DNA of 64,000 nucleotides from an uncultured archaeon (lineage in GTDB: Archaea; Thermoproteota; Bathyarchaeia; Bathyarchaeales; Bathycorpusculaceae), in NCBI GenBank assembly GCA_963782915.1, contig CAWALK010000012.1, positions 32,001-96,000 of the forward strand, read 5' to 3'. The notes under the pieces were generated by a model. That model was not told the DNA's origin and searched no databases. It was given only the letters and a program-made list of their open reading frames with translations. Below, piece by piece: positions 42,364 to 52,852 of this stretch (its first letter is position 1; each line of letters opens with the position of its first letter). The position numbers were made by a program, and so were the translations under genes.

Positions 42364-43347
42364 ATGGCCATTAACGAAACAGAAGTAGCCCAACTTACCC
42401 AACAAGCAAGAACACTAATCCACAAATGTGTCAAAAAGAACCTGGCCGACGGATTCCTCTTTTCCGCCGGAACAGACACACAAATAATCGCCTACGAAGC
42501 AGTAAAATACAAACCCGACATCCCCTGCCTAACCCTAGCATTCAAACATGGACAACCCAAAGACACCCAATACGTCAAAATGATGGTAGACTTCCTCCAC
42601 TTAAAACAAGAAACCTACCAGTTCGGCAAAGAAGACCTCATGAAGTTCTACCCCAAAGTCGTCGAAGCACTCAAAAAATATGACCCTATGGAAATCAGAA
42701 ACAGCCTCCCAGTCTACATAGGCTTAACATTACTCAAAGAGAAAGGCATCAAAACCGTCTTCACCGGCGACGCATTAGACGAACTTTTCGGTTACCCCTG
42801 GCAATTCCACCTAACAGAAGAACAATTCGCAGTTAAACAGCAAGAAATGTGGGCTGAAATGGGATTCTCATCCTTGCCCATGGCAAAATCGTTAGGCATG
42901 GAAATCAAGGCACCTTACCTTGAACCTGAATTCCAGGAATGGGCAAAGAAGGTCCCCATCAAATACAAGATTAACATGTATAACGGGGTAAAATACGGCA
43001 AATGGATTCTACGCAAAGCTTACGAAGACGTCATACCCAAAGAAGCCATCTGGAGACCCAAAGCACCACTCGAAGCAGGCACAGGAACCGAAACATTACG
43101 CACATACTTCAACGATACCTTCACACCAGAAGAATTCAAAGAAAAAGTCGCTAAAATCAAAGAAGAAGACGACGTAGAAATCGCCGATCAAGAGCAACTG
43201 CTTTACTACCAAACCTTCCGCAAACTCTATGGCAAACCCAAAGACGTGTTCCCCAAGATCCCAGGCGCAATCCAGTGTCCTAAATGCAAGAGTTGGCAAG
43301 TAACTAAGATTCAGTTCTGCAAGAAATGCGGAGCTTACCCCATCTAA
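42364..43347 (+). CDS. Asparagine-synthase-like ATP pyrophosphatase domain (no glutaminase domain) with C-terminal zinc ribbon
   Basis: PP-loop FSAGTDT, TGDALDELFGY, APYL, KWILRKA, RPKAP..GTG; CPKC...CKKC. Confidence 0.82.
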   Translation: MAINETEVAQLTQQARTLIHKCVKKNLADGFLFSAGTDTQIIAYEAVKYKPDIPCLTLAFKHGQPKDTQYVKMMVDFLHLKQETYQFGKEDLMKFYPKVVEALKKYDPMEIRNSLPVYIGLTLLKEKGIKTVFTGDALDELFGYPWQFHLTEEQFAVKQQEMWAEMGFSSLPMAKSLGMEIKAPYLEPEFQEWAKKVPIKYKINMYNGVKYGKWILRKAYEDVIPKEAIWRPKAPLEAGTGTETLRTYFNDTFTPEEFKEKVAKIKEEDDVEIADQEQLLYYQTFRKLYGKPKDVFPKIPGAIQCPKCKSWQVTKIQFCKKCGAYPI

Positions 43348-43569
43348 TCTTTTTCTTCTTTTGTCCATTTTTTAAGTTTAATATTTCATTTAGAACTAAA
43401 ATTCGACTGAAATACGGTCATTAACAGACTAACTGCCACTTATCTACGCCTTAAAAGATGAAGCAATGCTGATTGCATGCCCCATATTGATGGAGCAGTA
43501 GTGGCTTTTTGGGAAAAGACTTAATTCTTTAACTGATTAATTCTCCAATCGAACAAGAGAGGGTACTGC

Positions 43570-44613
43570 TTGGCTAATCTTTCACAACTCAAATTTGCAA
43601 TGGCAACATCCATCTTCCTATCCACATTCATATTCGGCCTGTTAATCTTCGCCATAGTTTACTTCCTGCAATTAGACGCCTTCACTGGGCTTCTGATTGC
43701 CGTAGGCGGCTCAGCGCTTTTCATCCTATTCCAGTACGCTGTGGGGCCAGTCATCGTTGCCGCAACAACCCGCCTGCATTACCTGCAGCCTGGCGAGAAC
43801 CCATGGCTTGAAAAAACCGTCAAAGAATTAGCCGACAAAGTAGGTCTACCCATGCCTAAACTGGCAACAGTGCCCAGTAATACACCCAACGCTTTCACTT
43901 TCGGCAGAAGCACCAGCGGCGCCACATTAGCCGTCCATGAAGGGCTACTAAGGCAACTAAACGAAGCCGAAGTCAAAGGCGTCATAGCTCACGAGTTGGG
44001 CCATGTTAAACACAAAGACTACATCGTAATGACTGTGCTCTCAGCTCTACCATTAATTGCATACTACATTGCGCAAGTAACGCTTTATGCAGGCGCATTC
44101 AGCGGCGGCAGAAGAAACAACAAAGATAATTCAGGTGCCATCTTGCTGGTTATTGGCGTCATTGCTTTTGCAATTTACATTGCAACCTTCGCAATCGTCA
44201 TGCGCCTAAGCAGACTGCGCGAGCATTATGCTGACGCTTTCTCAGCTTACGCTACTGGGTCGCCAAGAGCATTGGAAAGTGCCTTAGCAAAAATCACCTA
44301 CGGCTTATCCATCTCTCCCAAAGCCCCTGAAGGAGTCAGAGCTTTCTACATCGAAGACCCTGGAATGGCAAAACAGGAAATTTCCCAGATAATGGACAAG
44401 AAAAGCGAATATGACCTTGACCATGACGGTGTCTTAGATGAGCGTGAGTTAGAGTTGGCGATGGAGAAAGAGGCCAAATCCAGATGGGTACAGATGAACA
44501 GTGTCTTTGCAACCCACCCAGCCACCTTCAAACGCATCATGCTTCTAAGGGAAATAGAGCAAGAAATGGACACGGGCAAGTACAGCAACGACCAAATGTA
44601 CAGCCACGTCTAA
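43570..44613 (+). CDS. htpX: Zinc metalloprotease HtpX (M48)
   Basis: PNAF, AHELGH, SRLREHYAD, FATHP. Confidence 0.92.
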   Translation: MANLSQLKFAMATSIFLSTFIFGLLIFAIVYFLQLDAFTGLLIAVGGSALFILFQYAVGPVIVAATTRLHYLQPGENPWLEKTVKELADKVGLPMPKLATVPSNTPNAFTFGRSTSGATLAVHEGLLRQLNEAEVKGVIAHELGHVKHKDYIVMTVLSALPLIAYYIAQVTLYAGAFSGGRRNNKDNSGAILLVIGVIAFAIYIATFAIVMRLSRLREHYADAFSAYATGSPRALESALAKITYGLSISPKAPEGVRAFYIEDPGMAKQEISQIMDKKSEYDLDHDGVLDERELELAMEKEAKSRWVQMNSVFATHPATFKRIMLLREIEQEMDTGKYSNDQMYSHV

Positions 44614-44707
44614 CCCTTTTTTTAGGGAAAATTTTTCCATTTTGATGCGAAGACTAATATTTCCCAAACAGCGATTTATAGTAAAACCAAAAAAGGGCAT
44701 CATAAAA

Positions 44708-44914
44708 ATGGTAAATTATTGTCCTGAATGCGGCGGAGAAATCCAATACATCTCTTTGACAAAGCATTATGTATGCAAGAGCTGCGGTTTATCCTGTACA
44801 GGCCAAGAACTAAACGATTTACATGACAAGAACAGACCAGCCGACGAAACCGCAGAAGAAGCCAGACAAGCCCGCCGAAAAGAATACCTTAAATGGTATC
44901 TTAGCAAAAAATAG
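44708..44914 (+). CDS. Small zinc-ribbon protein
   Basis: CPECGG...YVCKSCG; C-terminal RRKEYLKWYL. Confidence 0.7.
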   Translation: MVNYCPECGGEIQYISLTKHYVCKSCGLSCTGQELNDLHDKNRPADETAEEARQARRKEYLKWYLSKK

Positions 44915-45024
44915 GTCCGCTACTATCAGCGGAAAGATATTTTCTTAGCTTTGACTCTGAACCCTAATTTTTGGGAAGGCTAATTAAACCAAACCACCCA
45001 TCCACTACCCTAAGGGGACATGCC

Positions 45025-45837
45025 TTGACTGTAGAAGTAGAAATCATCTGCATCGGCAACGAGTTACTTATAGGCAAAATCCAAAACACAAACGCACACT
45101 GGCTAGCCACGCAAACCACAAATTTAGGTGCAAACGTAAAAAGAATAACCGTCATCCAAGATATCATCGAAGAAATCGCGGATTGCATCAACGAAGTAAA
45201 AGCCCGAAAACCCCAATTTATAATCACCACAGGCGGCTTAGGTCCCACCTTCGATGACAAAACCTTCCAAGGCATCGCCAAAGCCCTAAACCAAAAACTC
45301 GCAGTTAACCCCGAAGCGCTCGAAATGGTTAAGGCGAAATGTATTGAATATTTCAAGAAAAGAGGCATAACTACTGAAGTTGAGATGACGCCGCCAAGAG
45401 TTAAAATGGCTGTTTTCCCAGAAAACACCGAACCCGTCATCAATCCAGTTGGCACTGCACCAGGGTTACGCGTCGATTTAGGCTGCACTGTCCTGTTTGC
45501 CTTGCCAGGTGTACCCATGGAGATGGAAGCAATCTTTACTCAAACCATAGCACCCCTCATCAAGCAAGCTGTAGGCACAGGAGTTTTTTGTCAAAGAAGC
45601 CTCTTCGTAGAAGGCATTGGTGAAGCAATTTTCGCTCCCCTAATCGATAAGGTGATGAGTGAAAACTTGGGAGTCTATATCAAGTCTCATCCATTGCGTT
45701 CTGAGGGTAAACCACGCGGTGAGCTTCACTTAACAATTGTTTCTACTCCTGAGCAAAAGCCTGATGAGTTGCTTCTTAGAGCAGCAAAGCAACTGTCTGC
45801 CTTAATTGAGGCGAACGGTGGAACTGTTCAATCATAA
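45025..45837 (+). CDS. CinA-like / molybdopterin-binding domain protein
   Basis: IGNELLIG...NTN, TGGLGPTFDD, NPVGTAPG, LPGVP.EM, YIKSHP. Confidence 0.85.
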   Translation: MTVEVEIICIGNELLIGKIQNTNAHWLATQTTNLGANVKRITVIQDIIEEIADCINEVKARKPQFIITTGGLGPTFDDKTFQGIAKALNQKLAVNPEALEMVKAKCIEYFKKRGITTEVEMTPPRVKMAVFPENTEPVINPVGTAPGLRVDLGCTVLFALPGVPMEMEAIFTQTIAPLIKQAVGTGVFCQRSLFVEGIGEAIFAPLIDKVMSENLGVYIKSHPLRSEGKPRGELHLTIVSTPEQKPDELLLRAAKQLSALIEANGGTVQS

Positions 45838-45917
45838 CTTGATAGGTCCATATTTGGGAATAACCATTTAAAGTATCAAGTCTATTGGGGAAAGCATTCG
45901 GCTGGCTATCCCTGCAA

Positions 45918-47006
45918 ATGAAGAGTGTCTACCTCAAGGCTCTATGCCTAACAGTGCTGCTAGTTATAGTGTTCTCGTTAGTGCCTATTGGCAGAACACA
46001 GGGTGGAGCGCAGGATACGGAGCTTTCTTTTCTGGTACAGAATCACCCAGACGGCGATAAAACCTACGAACTCAACGTAACTATACCCTACAGCCTCTAC
46101 CAATACTACAATCAGCAAAGCCATTTCCTGTTTTCACCCAACGATTTCCCAAAATTCATCACACCCTACACACTCAAACCCATAGCCGACAGACTATGGC
46201 AGATATACAATAACACAGAAGACTTCACTAACGGCGTCTTGATGCTTGTTCACCAAATAACCTACGAAGAAATCGCCGCCAGCAAATATCCAATTGAAAC
46301 GTTGGCTGACGGCAAAGGTGACTGCGACTTATTCGTTTACATTGCCGCTTCGATTTTGGAAGCAGGCGGTGTCCCAGTTGTTTTGCTCTATTACAAGGAT
46401 AAATTGCATATGGAGTTAGCTGTTGATTTGGGCGCTCAACCCGAGGATGCACGATTCCAGGTTTATAGCGTTGACAGCAATAACGTTACCTACTATATCG
46501 CTGAATCTACTGGAGGCAAATGGAGGCAGGGCTGGCGTGTCGGGGAATGCCCAACTGACTACCAAAACGCAACTTCTCAGGTGATAGTGCCTACGAATAT
46601 GGAGCAATCTTCGATTGGGCAAGTAGCCGCAAACCTAAGAGAACTCGACCCCAGCACCTTAACCTTGCATCTTTCTACCCCGTTGATGCTGCAGAATAGC
46701 GAGTTAATTATCACTGGTCAGGTTCTTCCTCAGACACCAAACGAGAATGTCACGCTCAGGGGTCGAACCAACAGTGGCGGCTGGTATGACATAGGAACTG
46801 TCGCTACTGGGTCCGATGGAAGTTTCAGTTATAATTGGCTACCCAGTCAGGGCGGCTTTATTGAGGTTCAGGCTAGCTGGGTGGGGAATCGTCAACTTAA
46901 TGGGGCTTCGAGTGCGTTGGGTAATGTGATTCTTGCGCCGTTTTTTGTGGTTATGCTTGTTTTTATAGGTGTTTTGCTTGCAGTTTTTGTTGGTCTTGTG
47001 CTGTAG
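45918..47006 (+). CDS. Secreted transglutaminase-like protein with Ig-like domain and TM anchor
   Basis: KYPIETL...GDCD, HM, YYIAEST; the basic tail continues in frame to 47087 after TAG-TGA. Confidence 0.7.
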   Translation: MKSVYLKALCLTVLLVIVFSLVPIGRTQGGAQDTELSFLVQNHPDGDKTYELNVTIPYSLYQYYNQQSHFLFSPNDFPKFITPYTLKPIADRLWQIYNNTEDFTNGVLMLVHQITYEEIAASKYPIETLADGKGDCDLFVYIAASILEAGGVPVVLLYYKDKLHMELAVDLGAQPEDARFQVYSVDSNNVTYYIAESTGGKWRQGWRVGECPTDYQNATSQVIVPTNMEQSSIGQVAANLRELDPSTLTLHLSTPLMLQNSELIITGQVLPQTPNENVTLRGRTNSGGWYDIGTVATGSDGSFSYNWLPSQGGFIEVQASWVGNRQLNGASSALGNVILAPFFVVMLVFIGVLLAVFVGLVL

Positions 47007-47127
47007 TGATTAGTGCGCAGAAAACACAAGGCTTCCCCTCCTGCTATCCCAATGCCTGAACCTGTTATGCCCCAGAATCCACCCTAATCAAAACTTATTC
47101 TTGCGATTCTATGTTAGAGCCTTTCGT

Positions 47128-47230
47128 CTGTTTTTTCTGTATAGGGGATAGGGGTCTAGGCAGAGCAACAGCAGCCTACTCTATTTATCCTTTAAATAAG
47201 GGAGGGGGAGGTCTCTCTGAGCAGATAGGT
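47128..47230 (+). repeat. Two tandem copies of stem-loop repeat family B
   Basis: CTGTTTTTTCTG-TATAGGGGATAGGGGTCTAGG-CAGAGCAACAG and CTATTT...TAAATAAGGGAGGGGGAGGTCTCTCTGAGC-AGATAG. Confidence 0.6.
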
Positions 47231-47291
47231 CACGAAGCTATAGCATAGCGTTAATTCTATAAGATTAATTGTTATTCAAAAAATAAAAAAG

Positions 47292-49850
47292 CTAAAAATT
47301 AAGCTCCCAGTTTCCCTTCTTAACCAACTTGTACACTTCAAACCAAACTATACTGCCAAAGCCTGCTACAAAGCAAATCAACAAATTCACTGGCGATATA
47401 GGTATGAACATGAAGAGACTGCTTAGCGGCGGCAAATAAATCACCAGCAGTAGGGCGACTATTGCAAGCACTAGAATTTGCCAGAACGCTCTGTTTGGTT
47501 TGCGTAATATACCTACGATAGATTGACTCCATGAGCGGTTTGTAGCTATCAATGCTATATTTGCTAACACTATCGTTGCGAACGCCATTGTGCGCGCTGT
47601 ATCCAAGCCTAAACCTGCTGAACTAGCGTAAAGGTAAACTGCAGTTACAAGTACCAATGAAACGGTACCTTGCAGACCGGCGATTATTGCGGCTTTCATA
47701 TTGAATAGTCTTGAAGTTATACTTCTGGGTTTTCGCTGCATGACATCTTTTTCTTCTGATTCAGCCTCGAAAGCAGTTGTACATGCTGGGTCGATGATGA
47801 ATTCTAGGAATACGATGTGTAGTGGCAGTAGGATTAGTGGCCAACCAAACAGCACTGGCAGGGCTGAGAGTCCAGCGATTGGAATGTGCACTGCGAAGAT
47901 GTAGGCTATTGCTTTTTTGAGGTTGTCAAAGATTCGGCGGCCCATCTTTACTCCGCCTACAATAGAGCTAAAGTCGTCGTCTAGGAGCACTAATGTTGAG
48001 GCTTCTCTGGCGACGTCTGTTCCTCTTGCACCCATTGCGATGCCGATGTTTGCTGATTTGAGTGCTGGTGCATCGTTTACGCCGTCTCCGGTCATGGCTA
48101 CTATTTCGCCGTTTGCTTTGAAGGCATCTACAATTCGTAGTTTCTGCTCAGGTACGACTCGTGCAAAGATGTTTACGTTCTTGATTCTCTCTTTAAGTTC
48201 TTCGTTGTTCATTTTTTCGAGTTCTGGCCCAGTTATGATGTTCTCGGGATTTCGTAAGCTTATTTGTCGGCCGATATTCTGTGCCGTCAGTGGATAGTCA
48301 CCGGTGATCATGACTACTCTTATGCCTGCGTTGTAGCATTCCTTAACTGCGTCTGAAACGTTCGGTCTTACTGGATCGACGAAGCCAATTAAGCCTATGA
48401 ACTTGAATGAGAAATCATGCTGCTCTTTTGGAAGTTGTCCTTCTGCCGTGCTAAAGGATGTTTTAGCAACGCCTAAGACGCGCAGACCCTCTCCAGCCAT
48501 TTTCTGTACATTTGCAGAGATTTCTTTTGCTTCCGCCTCTTTTAGGTGGCATAAGTCGATTATCGCTTCAGGTGCCCCCTTAGCTGCGATGATATAATCA
48601 GTGCCGTTTGGTGAACCCCAAACGTTTGACATGGCTAGCAGTTTTTGGGATAGGGGGTATTCTTGGATTAGTTGCCAGTCAGAATGGACATGTTCGGTTT
48701 TTGCGAATTCACCTTCTACGAAGTTTGTGATGGCTTTTTCCATGGGGTCGAAGGGGTCTTTTTTGCATGCTAGCACACTGAATTCTACTAGCTCGTGGCA
48801 GCAGTCTGGTGGATTCTTGAGTGCTGAGTCGATTGTGTACATTTTGTTGTCTGTGCATAGTTTGGATACGGACATTTTGTTGAGTGTTAATGTACCTGTC
48901 TTGTCAACGCACAAGACTGTTGCTGATCCAAGATTCTCTATTGCGTGAGGCTGTCTTGTCAGCACATTCTTTTTAGACATGCGCCAAGCGCCGAGTGCTA
49001 AGAAGATTGTTAGCACAACTGGGAACTCTTCAGGCAGCATTGCCATAGCAAGGGTTACACCTGCCAGTATTCCTTCTATCCAGTCAAACCGTGTTAAACC
49101 ATAAACAATTATGACCAAGGCACAAAGTGATAGCCCGAAGATGGCAAAGTTGCGGACAAGCTTTGATACTTCAACTTTTAGTTTGGTATCATCGCGTTCA
49201 ACTTTTTGGAGAACTACGCCTATTTTGCCCATTTCAGATTTAGCGCCAGTAGATTTGACTAATGCAATGGCCTGGCCTTGCGTTACTAGTGTTCCCGAGT
49301 AGATGTATGGTTGGTCGTCTCCGCCTGGTCGCCAAGTTTGCTCTTCTAGTTTGCCAATGGCTTTTCGGACTGGAACTGATTCGCCTGTTAGAAGTGATTC
49401 ATCAACCATTAAATTGTTAGATGACAGTAATAGCGCGTCTGCTGGTACGCGGTCGCCTTCTGCTAGAATCATGATGTCGCCAGGCACGACTTCGCGGCCT
49501 GGGACCCGAATTTGTTTGCCGTCTCGTATTACTAGCGCTCGGGGGCTTGATAAATTCTTTAAGGCATCAAGGGCATTCTCTGTTTTTCTTTCCTGGAAAA
49601 TAGTTATGCCCATGACTACGAAAACAAAGCTTAGTAGAACTAAGCCTTCTGTCACTTCGCCTAGGATGAAGTATATGCTGCCGCTTGCGACGAGTAGGAG
49701 GAAAATTGGTTCCTTAATTACGCTTAATGCAATTTGAAAAACGCTTCGCTTCTTAGATGAGGGCAATTCATTGTACCCGTCGCTCTCCAATTTCTCTTGG
49801 GCTTCGTTGGAAGTAATTCCAGTTAAGGCATCAACGTCAATGTTATGCAT
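47292..49850 (-). CDS. Cation-translocating P-type ATPase (type II-like)
   Basis: LTGES, LPEEFP, DKTGTLT, KGAPE, MITGD, TGDGVNDAPALK. Confidence 0.95.
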   Translation of the reverse strand: MHNIDVDALTGITSNEAQEKLESDGYNELPSSKKRSVFQIALSVIKEPIFLLLVASGSIYFILGEVTEGLVLLSFVFVVMGITIFQERKTENALDALKNLSSPRALVIRDGKQIRVPGREVVPGDIMILAEGDRVPADALLLSSNNLMVDESLLTGESVPVRKAIGKLEEQTWRPGGDDQPYIYSGTLVTQGQAIALVKSTGAKSEMGKIGVVLQKVERDDTKLKVEVSKLVRNFAIFGLSLCALVIIVYGLTRFDWIEGILAGVTLAMAMLPEEFPVVLTIFLALGAWRMSKKNVLTRQPHAIENLGSATVLCVDKTGTLTLNKMSVSKLCTDNKMYTIDSALKNPPDCCHELVEFSVLACKKDPFDPMEKAITNFVEGEFAKTEHVHSDWQLIQEYPLSQKLLAMSNVWGSPNGTDYIIAAKGAPEAIIDLCHLKEAEAKEISANVQKMAGEGLRVLGVAKTSFSTAEGQLPKEQHDFSFKFIGLIGFVDPVRPNVSDAVKECYNAGIRVVMITGDYPLTAQNIGRQISLRNPENIITGPELEKMNNEELKERIKNVNIFARVVPEQKLRIVDAFKANGEIVAMTGDGVNDAPALKSANIGIAMGARGTDVAREASTLVLLDDDFSSIVGGVKMGRRIFDNLKKAIAYIFAVHIPIAGLSALPVLFGWPLILLPLHIVFLEFIIDPACTTAFEAESEEKDVMQRKPRSITSRLFNMKAAIIAGLQGTVSLVLVTAVYLYASSAGLGLDTARTMAFATIVLANIALIATNRSWSQSIVGILRKPNRAFWQILVLAIVALLLVIYLPPLSSLFMFIPISPVNLLICFVAGFGSIVWFEVYKLVKKGNWELNF

Positions 49851-50002
49851 ATACACCGTTCCTTTTTGCGGTATGGCGACAAACCCTATTGCCATTTAAT
49901 CGAGTTGAAGCCATCCACTTTTCATTGGTAACAGCGTACTTGAGAAGCGAAAATACTTAAAGGGCTTTTGTCACTGATATTTTTTCTCAGTGGTGAAAAA
50001 AA

Positions 50003-50812
50003 GTGAAAAGCGTTGAGCTACAAAAGGCACTTGAATCAATGGGCTTAACTGAATATGAGGCTAAAGCATACATTAGCCTAATCCAAATTGGTACCTCAAA
50101 CGCAGGTAACCTCAGTAAACTTACGGAGATACCACATTCAAAAATCTACGAAGTCCTTATTCGTCTCGAAAAAAAGAAACTAATTGAAGTCCAAAAAGGT
50201 AGACCGCTATTTTTCAAAGCAATAAAACCCTCCACTGCCATAGAAGGAATTGAAACCGAACTAAAAGACAACCTGCAGAATGAACTTTCCCAAAAAAAAA
50301 TTGACTTAGAAAGGCTCTATGAAAAAAAAATAGGACAAATATCCAAAGCTCACGGTGTGCTCGGCGAGTTGGATAATTTTTATGAGAAGAATGCAGCTAT
50401 CGAACCTTCTGAAGAATTCATTTGGACGATTCGAGGAAAAGAAAATTTGAATGGCCAAGCTAAAGAGATCATTCAAAGTGCGTCGGCAGAGGTGCGGTTG
50501 ATGATGCCGCTTGACGATTTCTCTGAGTTGTTATCGGCAATTAAGACTGCATCTTCAAGAGATGTTAAAGTTCAACTAGTAATTCATGAGTTAACTACGA
50601 GTGTGCGGAAGCTCAAAGACACCGTTGAGATTTTCTATGACAGGTCACCTTTGCCCACAAATTGCGGAATGATTTTGGCAGATGCCAAAAGGGGTATGTT
50701 TATTTCAGAAAATTCCACGATTGGATTTAAAGCATCCAGTAGGAGTGTTTTGATGGTTCTTGCCCAATTCTATCAGCATGAAGTTGAGGAATCGACAAGA
50801 ATAAAACTGTAG
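50003..50812 (+). CDS. TrmB-family transcriptional regulator
   Basis: GLTEYEAKAY, IPHSKIYEVL..LEKK, GRP..F. Confidence 0.9.
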   Translation: MKSVELQKALESMGLTEYEAKAYISLIQIGTSNAGNLSKLTEIPHSKIYEVLIRLEKKKLIEVQKGRPLFFKAIKPSTAIEGIETELKDNLQNELSQKKIDLERLYEKKIGQISKAHGVLGELDNFYEKNAAIEPSEEFIWTIRGKENLNGQAKEIIQSASAEVRLMMPLDDFSELLSAIKTASSRDVKVQLVIHELTTSVRKLKDTVEIFYDRSPLPTNCGMILADAKRGMFISENSTIGFKASSRSVLMVLAQFYQHEVEESTRIKL

Positions 50813-50824
50813 TCAGGGCATAAT

Positions 50825-50874
50825 TCCACCCCCTAAATATAAATAAGGGAGGGAGGTCACTCAGAGCAGGTGGA
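50825..50874 (+). repeat. Stem-loop repeat family B
   Basis: TCCACC...ATAAATAAGGGAGGGAGGTCACTCAGAGCA-GGTGGA. Confidence 0.6.
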
Positions 50875-50977
50875 GGCTTTCAACATAGCAGCCGTCCTGT
50901 TTGTGGTTTATTGCACAAGCAACCTGCAATCCAGTTAAAACGTAGAATCCAAAACGCAATCTTTAACCCGACTTATT

Positions 50978-51017
50978 GGTGGTTGTTGTGTATAGGGGAT
51001 TTTCGGCAACAACTACC
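50978..51017 (+). repeat. Stem-loop repeat family B
   Basis: GGTGGTTGTTG-TGTATAGGGGATTTTCGG-CAACAACTACC. Confidence 0.6.
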
Positions 51018-51069
51018 TTACAAAAATAGAAAACCAACAAAAAAAAATAAAATAAGAAAGGAAAAAAAA

Positions 51070-52249
51070 TTATTCTTTCTTGGCACACTCAAGAGCTTTC
51101 TTGAGTATCTCTGCCTTGTCGCATCTTTCCCATGGGAATTCGACGTCGTCTCGACCGAAGTGGCCGAAGCATGCGGTTTTCTTGTAGATTGGTCTTAGCA
51201 GGTTGAGTGTGTCGATGATTCCGCGTGGTCTCATGTCAAAGTTGGCTTTGACGAGTTCGAGTATTTGCTCATCTGGGAGCTTGCCTGTCTCGTATGTGTT
51301 AACTAAGCACTGAGATTGGCTGTGCGACACCGATGGCGTAGCTGATTTGGACTTCGCATTGCTCTGCTAAGCCTGAAGCAACTACGTTTTTGGCGATGTA
51401 ACGTGCCATGTAGCAGCCGCTGCGGTCAACTTTTGAGGGGTCTTTGCCGCTGAAGCATCCGCCGCCGTGGCTTCCAACTCCGCCGTATGTGTCAACGATG
51501 ATTTTTCTGCCTGTTAAGCCGGAGTCTGCGAGGGTTCCGCCGATGACGAATCTGCCTGTGCCGTTAATGACATAATTTACGTCTTCTGATAACAGGTTTG
51601 CTGGGATAACGTATTTGATTACTTTTTCGATGATTTGCTTCTTTAGAACTGCATCTTCGACTGATCCGTTGTTTTGTGCGGCAATAACTACTGCTTTGAC
51701 GCATTTTGGTTTGCCGTTTTCGTATTCAACGGTGACTTGGGATTTGCAGTCTGGACGTAGATATGGCATAGTGCCGTTGTGGCGGAGTTCTGCTAATCTT
51801 TTTACTAGTCTGTGAGATAGCAGAATTGGCAGTGGCATGAGTTCTTTGGTTTCATTGCTTGCGAAACCGAAAACCATACCTTGGTCGCCAGCGCCCTGTT
51901 CTTTGCCGTTAGTTGCGTCAACACCCATGGCGATGTCTGGGGACTGCTCAGTTAAGGAAACAAGGATACCGCAGGTTTCCCAGTCTAAGCCGTCTTTGGC
52001 ATTGTCGAAACCGATTTCTTTTAGTGTATTTCGTACGATGCTTGGGATGTTTACGTATGCACAGGTTGTGATTTGGCCTGTAATCATAACTGTTCCCTGC
52101 ATTACGAGGGTTTCGCAGTCAACGTGTGCTTTGGTGTCGTGGGAGAATATGGCGTCTAGGACGCTGTCAGAGATTTGGTCTGCAACTTTGTCTGGGTGAC
52201 CTTCTCCGACTGATTCGGATGTGAACAAATATTTTCCGTTTCTTCTCAT
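51070..52249 (-). CDS. metK: S-adenosylmethionine synthetase, bacterial/eukaryotic type, split by one extra base near 51307
   Basis: [53 protein letters not shown]...FPWE; span is 393 codons + 1 nt. Confidence 0.93.
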
Positions 52250-52412
52250 TTCAGTTCTCTCTTCCGTTCGGTAAGTTGTGCTTAGCTTACTTGCCGTTTT
52301 TCTTATATGGTTTTCTGCATAAAATATTCCAATCGGAATATTGGTTGTTGGGTTAATTCTTGTTTTCCAATACTGTTTTAAGGATAAATGGGCACACAAA
52401 CAAGTGATGGCT

Positions 52413-52791
52413 ATGAAAAAAGCAGTTGTAAGCCCAGATGCGCCTAAACCCATTGGACCCTACAGTCAAGCTGTGCAAGCAGGCAATTATCTCTATGTTT
52501 CGGGGCAACTTGCTATCGACCCCAAAGAGGGCAAGCTCGTTGCCGCAGACATCGCAGTGCAAACACGTCAGGTGATGGAGAACCTCAAAGCAATCCTGAC
52601 AAGCCGCCAACTACAGCCTAAAAGACATCGTCCAAACCACAGTTTACCTCTCATCCATGACGCATTTCGAAGGCTTCAACCGTGAATACGCCAAATACTT
52701 CACTGCAGACTACCCAGCACGCGCCACAGTCGCCTGCGAACTAAAAACAGGTGCACTCCTAGAAGTTTCAGCAGTAGCCTACAAAGAGTAG
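52413..52791 (+). CDS. ridA: RidA/YjgF-family enamine deaminase, split by one extra base near 52601
   Basis: [23 protein letters not shown], then shifted frame ...[17 protein letters not shown]...LLEVSAVA. Confidence 0.85.
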
Positions 52792-52852
52792 CAGCTTTTG
52801 CTTCGATAAGTTATAAGTATCTAGCCAACGCTAAATATCAACAGGCATAACC

